The notes under the pieces were generated by a model. It did no database searches and was not told where the DNA came from. It was given only the letters and a program-made list of their open reading frames with translations. The position numbers and the translations under genes were made by a program. A stretch of 64,000 nucleotides of DNA from Planctomycetota bacterium (GTDB lineage Bacteria; Planctomycetota; UBA1135; UBA2386), in the NCBI GenBank assembly GCA_046290465.1, contig JBKAGP010000001.1:480001-544000 (forward strand), in the 5' to 3' direction. The stretch's first letter is position 1, and every line of letters begins with the position of its first letter. Of the stretch, positions 55,516 through 64,000 are shown one piece after another.

Positions 55516-57090
55516 ATGGCCGAGCTCCAAGGCATGCACTTCGTCGCCGGCCGCGTCGAGGCCGGCGGTGGCGAGACGTTCTTCGGCATGGATCCGGTGC
55601 AGGGCACCGACCTGCAGCCGGGCTACGCCGAGGCGACGAGCGAGCAGGTCGAGCGCGCCTGCGCTGCGGCCGCCGACGCGTCGGCGCCGTTCGCCGCGAG
55701 CGAGCCGAAGGTGCGAGCGGCGCTGCTGCGCGAGATCGGCGAGGGCCTGAAGGACCTCGGCGACGAACTGGTCCAGCGCGTGCAGGCGGAGACGGCGCTG
55801 CCGGCGGCGCGCGTCGAGGGCGAGCGCGCGCGCACGGTGCTGCAGCTCAACCAGTTCGCGGTGCTGATCGAGGAGGGCTCGTGGGTCGACGCACGCATCG
55901 ACCACGCCGACCCCGAACGGCAGCCGCAGCCGAAGCCGGACCTGCGCCGCATGTACGTGCCGCTCGGGCCGGTGGTCGTGTTCGGCGCGAGCAACTTCCC
56001 GCTGGCCTACTCGGTCGCCGGCGGCGACACCGCGTCGGCGCTCGCTGCCGGCTGCCCGGTGATCGTCAAGGGCCACCCGGCGCACCCCGGCACCAGCGAA
56101 CTGGTCGGCCGCGTCGTGCACGATGCCGTGCAGAAGCTCGGCCTGCCGGCAGGCACGTTCTCGCTGCTGCACGGCCGCAGCCACGAGACCGGCGGCGCGC
56201 TGGTGCGCCACGATGCGGTCAAGGCGGTCGGCTTCACCGGTTCGCACGCCGGCGGCCGCGCGCTGTTCGACCTGGCGGCCGCGCGGCGCGAGCCGATCCC
56301 GGTGTTCGCCGAGATGGGCTCAGCCAACCCGGTCGTGATCCTGCCGAACGCGCTGAAGAACCGCGGCACCAAGATCGCCGAGCAGCTGGCGGCGTCGGCG
56401 CTGCTGGCGCAGGGGCAGTTCTGCACCAGCCCTGGCCTGGTGATGTGGCTGCACGGCGAGGGTGACGAGGCGTTCTCGGTGGCGCTGCGCGAACGGCTGA
56501 CCAGCGCCAAGCCGGGGCCGACCGTGCACCCGAGCATCCGTTCGGCGTTCGAGCGGGCGATGGACGACGTGCGCGCGCTGCCGGTCGAGGTCGCAACCGC
56601 CACCGCGCCGGTCGACGGCGCCAGCGCGGTGTGTCCGGCGCTGCTGCGCGCGACGCCCGAGGCGTTCCAGCAGAACGAACGGCTGCGCTCCGAGATCTAC
56701 GGCCCGGCGGTGCTCGGGGTCGGCTGCCGCACCGACGAAGAGCTGCAGCAGGTCGTCGCCTCGCTCGATGGCCACCTGACGGCGACCGTGCACGGCGATG
56801 GCGACGACTTCGCGCAGCACGGCGCGGTGTTCGACGCGCTGCGTCGCAAGGTCGGCCGCCTGATCGCCAACGGTGTGCCGACCGGGGTCGAGGTGTCGCC
56901 GGCGATGGTGCACGGCGGTCCCTACCCGGCGGCGTCCGACGCGCGCTTCTCGGCCGTCGGCACCACGTCGATCCAGCGCTGGGTGCGCCCGGCCTGCTGG
57001 CAGGACTGGCCGCAGGAGCTGCTGCCGGCGGAGCTGCGCGACGACAACCCGCGCGGCATCGAACGTCTGGTAGACGGCGTCAAGCAGTAG
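55516..57090 (+). CDS. NADP-dependent aldehyde dehydrogenase (2,5-dioxopentanoate dehydrogenase-like)
   Basis: FGASNFPLAYSVAGGDTASALAAGCP, FTGS, EMGS, GQFCTSPG, PTGVEV..HGGPYP. Confidence 0.93.
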   Translation: MAELQGMHFVAGRVEAGGGETFFGMDPVQGTDLQPGYAEATSEQVERACAAAADASAPFAASEPKVRAALLREIGEGLKDLGDELVQRVQAETALPAARVEGERARTVLQLNQFAVLIEEGSWVDARIDHADPERQPQPKPDLRRMYVPLGPVVVFGASNFPLAYSVAGGDTASALAAGCPVIVKGHPAHPGTSELVGRVVHDAVQKLGLPAGTFSLLHGRSHETGGALVRHDAVKAVGFTGSHAGGRALFDLAAARREPIPVFAEMGSANPVVILPNALKNRGTKIAEQLAASALLAQGQFCTSPGLVMWLHGEGDEAFSVALRERLTSAKPGPTVHPSIRSAFERAMDDVRALPVEVATATAPVDGASAVCPALLRATPEAFQQNERLRSEIYGPAVLGVGCRTDEELQQVVASLDGHLTATVHGDGDDFAQHGAVFDALRRKVGRLIANGVPTGVEVSPAMVHGGPYPAASDARFSAVGTTSIQRWVRPACWQDWPQELLPAELRDDNPRGIERLVDGVKQ

Positions 57091-57094
57091 GCGG

Positions 57095-57132
57095 CGCTCC
57101 TAGCCGCCGAACACGCTCCTAGCCGCCGAACA
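57095..57132. repeat. Perfect 19-bp tandem duplication CGCTCCTAGCCGCCGAACA x2
   Basis: Read directly; duplicates the stop and last codons of the CAP-domain gene. Confidence 0.9.
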
Positions 57133-58216
57133 TCTGCGTCCACATCGTGTCGTGCTGGCCGAGGCCGGTGCGGCCGTGGCCGCCGAGCATGTTCTTGTGG
57201 TGGCCAGGGCTGTACCACCAGGCGCGGATCGCGCCCGCCCCGGTGCGCTGGCCGGCGGCGATGTTCTCGGCCGAAGCGCTGGTAGAGAAGTTGGCGGCGC
57301 GCTGGCCGAAGCGCTCCTTGCCCTTGACCGGCGAGGTATGCGAGAAGAAGCCGAGCTTCGCCATGTCCGTGCTGTGGTCGCGTGCGGCGTCCGACAGCTT
57401 CGGGTCGATGCGCACCAGGCCGAGACCGAGCAGGAAGCGGATGCGGTTGAGTTCGAGCGTGCCGAGGTACTCCTGGTGCGGCGTCTGCTTGCGGATCGAC
57501 TCGTTGAACAGCAGCGCCTTGCGGTCGCCGCTGCGCATCGGCAGGCCGGCGAAGGTCGCGAACGCGATCGCCTCGTCGATGCGCCGGTCGCTGCCGGGCC
57601 CCTTCGGGATCGGCAGCTTGGCGAAGTGCTTCTGCGCGTCCTCGTGCAGCTCCAGGCCTTCGGTCGCCGAGCCGTAAAGCGCGAACCACTCGCGCAGTTC
57701 GCCGTGCAGCAGCCTGAGGTCGGTCAGCTGCAGGTCGATCTTCTCGTCGGCGCGCAGGATGTCGGCGAACGACGGCTGCAGCAACTCGCCGAGCTGCTTC
57801 ATGCGCGGGTCGATCTGCTGGTGGATCGCGGCCTTGCTCAGGTTCTTGCCGCGGGTGACCGCGAGCGCTTCGGCGCGCAGCTGTTCGACCTGCTTGTGGC
57901 CGTTGCGCCCGAGCAGCTGCTTCTGCGCCTTCTTGGCCAGGGTCTCGAACGACCCGAACACCTTCTCCGCCTGCTTCTCGAACGCCTTTTCGTGCGCTCG
58001 GTAGTGCTTGCGCAAGGTGGCAGACGCGCGCAGGCGATGCACGGTGCCGCGCGTCTTCAGCTCGGTGACGATGGCGGTCGCCTTGTCGAGGTCGATGCCG
58101 CGCGCCTTCAGGCGGATCTGCAGCGTCGACGCGGGCTGCGGCGGCGGGTCGTCGCCCTGCGCCGCCGCGGTCGCGGCGAGCAGGAGCACGGCGGTGAGGA
58201 TGCGGGCGTGGACCAT
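57119..58216 (-). CDS. Secreted protein with C-terminal CAP (SCP) domain
   Basis: Signal peptide; AARDHSTDM..FFSH, AENIAAG, WWYSPGHHKNML, WTQMFG. Confidence 0.9.
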   Translation of the reverse strand: MVHARILTAVLLLAATAAAQGDDPPPQPASTLQIRLKARGIDLDKATAIVTELKTRGTVHRLRASATLRKHYRAHEKAFEKQAEKVFGSFETLAKKAQKQLLGRNGHKQVEQLRAEALAVTRGKNLSKAAIHQQIDPRMKQLGELLQPSFADILRADEKIDLQLTDLRLLHGELREWFALYGSATEGLELHEDAQKHFAKLPIPKGPGSDRRIDEAIAFATFAGLPMRSGDRKALLFNESIRKQTPHQEYLGTLELNRIRFLLGLGLVRIDPKLSDAARDHSTDMAKLGFFSHTSPVKGKERFGQRAANFSTSASAENIAAGQRTGAGAIRAWWYSPGHHKNMLGGHGRTGLGQHDTMWTQMFGG

Positions 58217-58293
58217 GCGGCGGGCGCGGCGAGGGGCTTGCCGCGGCGGCAGAAGTCTACCCCGGCGGGGCGCGCCGGGGAATCGGCGCCGAC

Positions 58294-59082
58294 TCAGCCT
58301 TCCCAGCGCTTGTTCTTGTTCTGCCAGCGCTGCCACTCGGGGAACTTGCTCAGCGACACGCCGGTCAGCTTCTGCAGCGTGGCGACCCACTTGCCCTCGC
58401 AGGCACGCAGGATCCGGCGGGCGTTCTGCGGGCCGAAGTCGATCGGCGCGCTCGGGTCGTTGTTGACCGGCTGGGTGGCCAGCGAGTGCTGGCTGCCCCA
58501 GGTGCGGATGATCATCTTGACGATCTCGCGCTTGTCCTTGATGTCGGCCTTCTTGAAGTTGCCGAGCGCCTCGCCGGCCGCCGCGCGCAGTTCGTCGTGC
58601 GGCGAACGCGACGTGACCTCGATCAGGTAGTCGATGTGCTTGTCGTGCTCGGTCCGGCCGAGCGCGCGCAGCATGTGGGCCTGCAGCGAGATGTTGTCCT
58701 TGAAGCGCTTGTTCTCGACGTACTTGGCGAGCTGCTCGGCGCCCTCTTCCTCGTACTTGGCGAGCGCGTCGGCGGCCTCGCGGTAGATCACGTCCTGGCG
58801 GCCCTCGCGGACCTTGCCGAGCTTGAACACGTCGCCGAGGCCCTTGGCGATCTTCTTCTTGTCCTTGGAGTTCTGCTGGTCGGGGGTCTTGGTCAGCGCC
58901 TGGATCAGGCTGATCGCCTGGAAGTCCTCCGTCATCTTGCGGTTCTTGATGAAGGACTTCAGCTCGCTGAGGCGCTCGGGGACCTTGGGGTCCTGCGGCG
59001 GCTCCTTCGGCTTCTGGGCCAGGGCGGTGCCGTGTCCCAGCACCAGCACGGCGAGCAACGATGCCACGGGGTAGGTAGCCAT
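58294..59082 (-). CDS. Secreted HEAT-repeat-like hypothetical protein
   Basis: Signal peptide; REAADALA, LRALG, RAAAGEALG; LQKLTG..W..W terminus. Confidence 0.75.
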   Translation of the reverse strand: MATYPVASLLAVLVLGHGTALAQKPKEPPQDPKVPERLSELKSFIKNRKMTEDFQAISLIQALTKTPDQQNSKDKKKIAKGLGDVFKLGKVREGRQDVIYREAADALAKYEEEGAEQLAKYVENKRFKDNISLQAHMLRALGRTEHDKHIDYLIEVTSRSPHDELRAAAGEALGNFKKADIKDKREIVKMIIRTWGSQHSLATQPVNNDPSAPIDFGPQNARRILRACEGKWVATLQKLTGVSLSKFPEWQRWQNKNKRWEG

Positions 59083-59217
59083 GTCGGTATTCTAGTCGTT
59101 TCGGAAGGTCTCGTTACGTCGACCTGGCCCCGAAGCCCACCACACCGGCATTTCACCGTTCTCCGCATTGCATTGGGGGCGGCGGATCCGCTACCACCTT
59201 TGCCTCACGACGGCTCC

Positions 59218-60183
59218 ATGACGCGCGTACTGATCACTGGTGGGGCGGGCTTCATCGGCTCGCATCTGGCGCAGCGCCTCCTCGCGGAGGGCGCCGACGT
59301 GCGCGTGCTGGACAACCTCGATCCGTTCTACGACCCGGCGATCAAGCGTCGCAACCTCGAGCTGCTGCGCGAGGCGGGCGGCGACCGGTTCGCGTTCGTC
59401 GAGGGCGACCTGCGCGACGCCGACGCCTGCCGGCAGGCGGTCGACGGCCGCGAGACGATCGTGCACCTGGCGGCGCTCGCCGGGGTGCGGCCGTCGCTGC
59501 AGGACCCGGTCCGCTACATGGACGTCAACGTCACCGGCACCCAGCTGCTGCTGCAGCAGATCCGCGACCCGGGCGTGCGGTTCGTGTTCGGCAGCAGTTC
59601 GTCGGTCTACGGCGGCAACGAGCAGGTGCCGTTCGGCGAGGACCAGAACGTCGACCATCCGGTCTCGCCGTACGCGGCCAGCAAGAAGGCCGGCGAAGTG
59701 CTGTGCTACACGTGGCACCACCTGCACGGTAACCCGGTGACGTGCCTGCGGTTCTTCACGGTCTACGGGCCGCGGCAGCGGCCGGAGATGGCGATCCACA
59801 AGTTCGCCCGCATGATCACCGACGGCGAGCCGATCCCGTTCTTCGGCGACGGCAACTCGCGGCGCGACTACACGTTCGTCACCGACATCGTCAGCGGCGT
59901 GCGCGCGGCGATGGACCGCGAGCAGGGCTACGCGATCTACAACCTCGGCGGGGCGGCGACCACCTCGCTGTCGGAGCTGGTGCAGCACCTCGAGCGCGCG
60001 CTCGACCGGCAGGCGGTGCTCGACCGCCAGCCGGACCAGCCGGGCGACGTGCCGATCACCTACGCCGACGTGTCGCGGGCCGAGCGCGAACTCGGCTACC
60101 GCTGCACGACGCCGCTCGCCGATGGGGTGCAGAAGTTCTGCCGCTGGTACGTCGACGAGAAGGCCGCGCAGAGGGTGCTCTAG
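59218..60183 (+). CDS. NAD-dependent epimerase (UDP-glucuronate 4-epimerase-like)
   Basis: TGGAGFIG, HLAALAGVRPS, SSSSVYG, PVSPYAASK, RFFTVYGP. Confidence 0.92.
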   Translation: MTRVLITGGAGFIGSHLAQRLLAEGADVRVLDNLDPFYDPAIKRRNLELLREAGGDRFAFVEGDLRDADACRQAVDGRETIVHLAALAGVRPSLQDPVRYMDVNVTGTQLLLQQIRDPGVRFVFGSSSSVYGGNEQVPFGEDQNVDHPVSPYAASKKAGEVLCYTWHHLHGNPVTCLRFFTVYGPRQRPEMAIHKFARMITDGEPIPFFGDGNSRRDYTFVTDIVSGVRAAMDREQGYAIYNLGGAATTSLSELVQHLERALDRQAVLDRQPDQPGDVPITYADVSRAERELGYRCTTPLADGVQKFCRWYVDEKAAQRVL

Positions 60184-60197
60184 CAGAGGATGCTGTC

Positions 60198-61154
60198 GTG
60201 ACGGATCGGGTTCTGGTGACGGGGGGTGCGGGCTTCATCGGCTCGCACATCTGCGAACGGCTGTGCGCCGAGGGCCGGCAGGTGGTGGTGATCGACAACC
60301 TGGTCACCGGCAGCCGCGCCAACCTCGACGGCATCGACGTCGAGTTCGTCGAGGGCTCGATCGCCAACGCCGCCGACGTCGAGCGCGCGATGCAGGGCGT
60401 CGACAAGGTCGTGCACCTGGCGGCGCTGCCGTCGGTGGCGCGCTCGTTGGAGCGTCCGCTCGACACGCACGAAGCGTGCGCGACCGGCACGGTGCAGGTC
60501 CTGCACGCCGCCAGGCAGAACGGCGCGCGCGTGGTCTACGCCGGCAGCAGCTCCGCCTACGGCAACCAGCAGGAGCGGCAGAAGCACGAGGAACTGCGCG
60601 AGGACCCGCTGTCGCCGTACTCGGCGGCCAAGCTCGCCGGCGAACTGTACTGCCGCACGTTCGCACGGGTGTTCGAGATGGACGTCGTGGTGACGCGCTT
60701 CTTCAACGTGTTCGGTCCGCGCCAGCCGGCCGATAGCCCGTATTCGGGCGTGATCGCCGCGTTCTGCCGCAACCTGATCCTCGGCAAGCCGGTGCGCATC
60801 GACGGCGACGGCGGCCAGGCGCGCGACTTCACCTATGTCGAGGATCTGGTCACCGGCGTGCTGCAGTGCCTCGACGGCGACAGCCGCGGCTGCGAGACGG
60901 TCAACCTCGCCTACGGCGACTCGACCACGGTGCTCGACGTCTACCAGCAGCTGTGCGCGTTCACGCGTGAGCAGCTGCCTGGTCAGGTGATACCGGATCC
61001 GCAGATGGCGCCGCCGCGCAACGGCGACGTGCGCCACTCGCTGGCCGATGTCCGCCGCGCAAAAGAGCGGTTCGGCTTCGCTCCCAAGGTCGGTTTCGCC
61101 GAAGGTCTACGCAGGACCTACGCGTGGTATCGCACGCAGATCGGATCGGAGTAA
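60198..61154 (+). CDS. NAD-dependent epimerase/dehydratase (UDP-GlcNAc/Glc 4-epimerase-like)
   Basis: TGGAGFIG, HLAALPSVARS, SPYSAAK, RFFNVFGPRQ..SPYSGVI. Confidence 0.92.
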   Translation: MTDRVLVTGGAGFIGSHICERLCAEGRQVVVIDNLVTGSRANLDGIDVEFVEGSIANAADVERAMQGVDKVVHLAALPSVARSLERPLDTHEACATGTVQVLHAARQNGARVVYAGSSSAYGNQQERQKHEELREDPLSPYSAAKLAGELYCRTFARVFEMDVVVTRFFNVFGPRQPADSPYSGVIAAFCRNLILGKPVRIDGDGGQARDFTYVEDLVTGVLQCLDGDSRGCETVNLAYGDSTTVLDVYQQLCAFTREQLPGQVIPDPQMAPPRNGDVRHSLADVRRAKERFGFAPKVGFAEGLRRTYAWYRTQIGSE

Positions 61155-61159
61155 GAGTC

Positions 61160-61897
61160 ATGAAAGGTGTCGTTCTCGCCGGTGGCCTGGGTAGCCGTCT
61201 CTACCCGCTGACCAAGATCACCAACAAGCACCTGCTGCCGGTGTTCGACAAGCCGATGATCTACTACCCGATCCAGTGCCTGGTGAACGCCGGGATCACG
61301 GACATCCTGGTAGTGACGGGCGGCAACTACGCGGGCCACTTCCTGCAGCTGCTCCGCAACGGTTCGGACTTCGGCCTGCGTCGCCTCGGCTACGCCTACC
61401 AGGAAGGCGAAGGCGGCATCGCCGATGCGCTGAAGCTCGCCGAGGAGTTCGCCGACGGCGAGTCGATCTGCGTCGTGCTCGGCGACAACATCATCGAAGG
61501 CAACATCAAGAAGGCCGCGGACGAGTTCCGGGCCCAGGGTGGCGGCGCCAAGATCCTGCTGAAGGAGGTGCACGATCCCGAACGCTTCGGCGTCGCGACC
61601 GTCGACGACGACGGCAAGGTGCTCAAGATCGTCGAGAAGCCGAAGGAGCCGGAGACCAACCTCGCGGTGATCGGCATCTACATGTACGACGCCGAGGTGT
61701 TCGACATCTGTCGCACGCTGAAGCCGTCCGACCGCGGCGAGCTCGAGATCACCGACGTCAACAACGAGTACGTGCGCCGTGGCACGCTGACCAGCGAGAA
61801 GCTCAGCGGCTGGTGGACCGACGCCGGCACCTTCGAGTCGCTGTACCGCTCGTCGACGCTGGTGCGCGAGGCGGGCGCCAACCGCATGGACGTCTAG
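61160..61897 (+). CDS. rfbA: Glucose-1-phosphate thymidylyltransferase (short form)
   Basis: LAGGLGSRLYPLT..NKHLLPVFDKPMIYYP, LGDN, EKP, RGELEITD, WTDAGT. Confidence 0.92.
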   Translation: MKGVVLAGGLGSRLYPLTKITNKHLLPVFDKPMIYYPIQCLVNAGITDILVVTGGNYAGHFLQLLRNGSDFGLRRLGYAYQEGEGGIADALKLAEEFADGESICVVLGDNIIEGNIKKAADEFRAQGGGAKILLKEVHDPERFGVATVDDDGKVLKIVEKPKEPETNLAVIGIYMYDAEVFDICRTLKPSDRGELEITDVNNEYVRRGTLTSEKLSGWWTDAGTFESLYRSSTLVREAGANRMDV

Positions 61898-61905
61898 GCG
61901 GCGCG

Positions 61906-62847
61906 ATGACGAGCGACTGCGACCTGCTGGTGACGGGCGCGAAGGGCCAGCTCGGCCGCGCGATCCTGCAATTCGCCGCCGAGCGCGGGCTGTCGGCCGT
62001 CGGCGTCGACATCGACGAGATGCCGCTCGACGACCGGGCCGCGATCCAGCGCGGCGTCGCCGCAGCCAGGCCCGGCTTCGTGCTGCACTGCGGCGCGATC
62101 ACCAACGTCGACGGCTGTGAGGCCGAGCCGCTGACCGCGTATCGGATCAACGGCCTGGCGACCGCCTGGGTCGCCGAAGCGGCGGCCGCGCACGGCGCCG
62201 GCATGGCCTACGTCAGCACCGACTTCGTGTTCGACGGCGCGCTGCACGGCACGCCCTACCCGACCGACGCGAAGATCGCGCCGCTGTCGGTCTACGGCGC
62301 CAGCAAGCGGCTCGGCGAGGAGGCGGTGCTCGCGCACGGCCGCGACGACTTCTACGTGGTCCGCACCAGCTGGGTGTTCGGGCCCGGCGGCAAGAACTTC
62401 CCGCGGGCGATCCTCAACCGGGCGCGCTCGGGCCAGCCGCTCAAGGTGGTCACCGACCAGGTCGGCCGACCGACGATGACCCACGACCTCGCCGACGCGC
62501 TGCTCGACCTCGCGAAGCTCCGGCCCGCGGGCGGCGTCTACCACGCCGCCAACGAGGGCCAGTGCAACTGGCACCAGTTCGCGGTCGACGTGCTGCGCAC
62601 GGCCGGCGTCGACGTCGAGGTGGGCGAGCAGACCGCAGCGGACCTCGGGCTGCCGGCCGAGCGTCCGTCGTGGTCCGTGCTGGACACCGACAAGCTGGCG
62701 ACGGTGCGCGGCAAGCGTCTGCCGCACTACCAGGACGCCCTCGAGCGGCACCTGCCGCTCGACGAACAGAGCCAGCAGGCGGCGGCCGCAGACCAATCGG
62801 CCGCAGACGGGCCGGCCGGCGGCGGCCTGCGCGGCAAGCAATCCTGA
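61906..62847 (+). CDS. rfbD: dTDP-4-dehydrorhamnose reductase
   Basis: TGAKGQLG, TNVDGCE, STDFVFDG, YGASK, DQVGRPT. Confidence 0.93.
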   Translation: MTSDCDLLVTGAKGQLGRAILQFAAERGLSAVGVDIDEMPLDDRAAIQRGVAAARPGFVLHCGAITNVDGCEAEPLTAYRINGLATAWVAEAAAAHGAGMAYVSTDFVFDGALHGTPYPTDAKIAPLSVYGASKRLGEEAVLAHGRDDFYVVRTSWVFGPGGKNFPRAILNRARSGQPLKVVTDQVGRPTMTHDLADALLDLAKLRPAGGVYHAANEGQCNWHQFAVDVLRTAGVDVEVGEQTAADLGLPAERPSWSVLDTDKLATVRGKRLPHYQDALERHLPLDEQSQQAAAADQSAADGPAGGGLRGKQS

Positions 62848-62873
62848 TCCACTCCGACCATCGGACTCCTACC

Positions 62874-63884
62874 GTGAGCAAGATCCTCGTCACCGGCGGC
62901 GCCGGCTTCATCGGTTCGAACTTCGTGCGCATGATGCTCGCGGAGACCGACCACCAGATCGTCAACCTCGACCTGCTGACCTACGCCGGCAACCTCGAGA
63001 ACCTGACCGACTGCGAGAACCACGCCAACTACACGTTCGTGCGCGGCGACATCGCGGATCCCAAGGCGATGGCCGAGGTGTTCTCGCAGCACCAGCCGGA
63101 CATCGTCGTGCACTTCGCGGCCGAGAGCCACGTCGACCGCTCGGTGCTCGACGCGACCGCGTTCGTGCAGACCAACGTGATCGGCACCCAGGTGCTGCTC
63201 GACCAGAGCCGCCACCACGGGGTGAAGCGCTTCGTGCACGTCAGCACCGACGAGGTCTACGGTTCGCTCGGTGCCTGGGGCTACTTCACCGAGGAGACCC
63301 CGATCCAGTCGAACTCGCCGTACTCGTCGTCGAAGGCCGGCAGCGACCTGCTGGTGCGCGCCGCCGTGCACACGCACGACATGGACTGCGTGATCACGCG
63401 CTGCTCGAACAACTACGGGCCCTACCAGTTTCCCGAGAAGCTGATCCCGCTGATGATCGCCAACGCGCACGAGGACAAGCCGCTGCCGATCTACGGCGAC
63501 GGCAAGAACGTGCGCGACTGGATCCACGTCATCGACCACTGTCGCGGCATCCGGCGCGCGATGGAGGATGGCCACAAGGGCGAGGTCTACAACTTCGGTG
63601 GCGACGCCGAGCGCGAGAACCTGTTCGTCGTCAAGGAGATCCTGAACCTGGTCGGCAAGGGCGAGGACCTGATCACCTACGTCAAGGACCGCCCCGGCCA
63701 CGACCGCCGCTACGCGATGGACTCGTCCAAGGCCCGCGCCCAGCTCGGCTGGACCCCGACCTACACGTTCGAGGCCGGCCTCAAGCAGACCGTCGACTGG
63801 TACCTCGACAACAAGCCGTGGTGGGAGCGCGTGCGCAGCGGCGCCTACCAGGAGTACTACGAGAAGCAGTACAGCGGCCGCTAG
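62874..63884 (+). CDS. rfbB: dTDP-glucose 4,6-dehydratase
   Basis: TGGAGFIGSNF, LTYAGN, AAESHVDRS, STDEVYG, SNNYGPYQFPEK, RPGHDRRY. Confidence 0.97.
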   Translation: MSKILVTGGAGFIGSNFVRMMLAETDHQIVNLDLLTYAGNLENLTDCENHANYTFVRGDIADPKAMAEVFSQHQPDIVVHFAAESHVDRSVLDATAFVQTNVIGTQVLLDQSRHHGVKRFVHVSTDEVYGSLGAWGYFTEETPIQSNSPYSSSKAGSDLLVRAAVHTHDMDCVITRCSNNYGPYQFPEKLIPLMIANAHEDKPLPIYGDGKNVRDWIHVIDHCRGIRRAMEDGHKGEVYNFGGDAERENLFVVKEILNLVGKGEDLITYVKDRPGHDRRYAMDSSKARAQLGWTPTYTFEAGLKQTVDWYLDNKPWWERVRSGAYQEYYEKQYSGR

Positions 63885-63909
63885 GCAGGAACGCAGAAGG
63901 CAGGAACGC

Positions 63910-64000
63910 TCACAGGTCCATCCGGCGGCCGATCTTGGCGGCCGTCGCCATTGCCTCCATCACCTCGAAGTCGACGATCGCCTGCTCGATCGAGCACGGG
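63910..64000 (-). CDS. 3' end of a gene entering from beyond the window (possibly a Gfo/Idh/MocA oxidoreductase tail)
   Basis: Open frame PCSIEQAIVDFEVMEAMATAAKIGRRMDL-stop; too short to assign. Confidence 0.45.
   Translation of the reverse strand, partial: PCSIEQAIVDFEVMEAMATAAKIGRRMDL

Noticed and set aside
57093..57103. GCGCTCCTAG matches one end of the 87-bp element
   Set aside because: Only about 10 bp of similarity; not enough to call a third copy

Overview
GC-rich bacterial chromosomal window (about 70% GC by eye) with about 48 protein-coding genes. I saw no rRNA, tRNA, CRISPR array or transposase. The gene content (many signal-peptide proteins, an ECF sigma factor with a very large C-terminal extension, PQQ-like propellers, DUF3500) suggests a Planctomycetota-like organism; this is inference only. 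Housekeeping genes (aspS, thrS, infC, kgd/sucA, an rlmN-like gene, dTDP-sugar genes) are interleaved with secreted proteins of unknown function. Main non-obvious signals: (1) a Ser/Thr kinase-TPR-GAF-sigma54 activator fusion flanked by two outward-facing sigma54 promoters that share identically spaced pairs of palindromic 15-bp boxes, a candidate self-contained regulon; (2) a shared C-terminal domain of about 110 aa on four unrelated secreted proteins, a possible sorting or anchoring signal; (3) an 87-bp CTAG-bounded hairpin element present twice, about 29 kb apart and inverted; (4) an orphan tandem ribbon-helix-helix-like protein preceded by 8-bp-periodic GAAAG boxes; (5) a possible ATC-initiated uORF overlapping the infC start; (6) recurrent 13-19 bp tandem duplications just after stop codons. 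All product calls come from motif recognition by eye; no database search was run.
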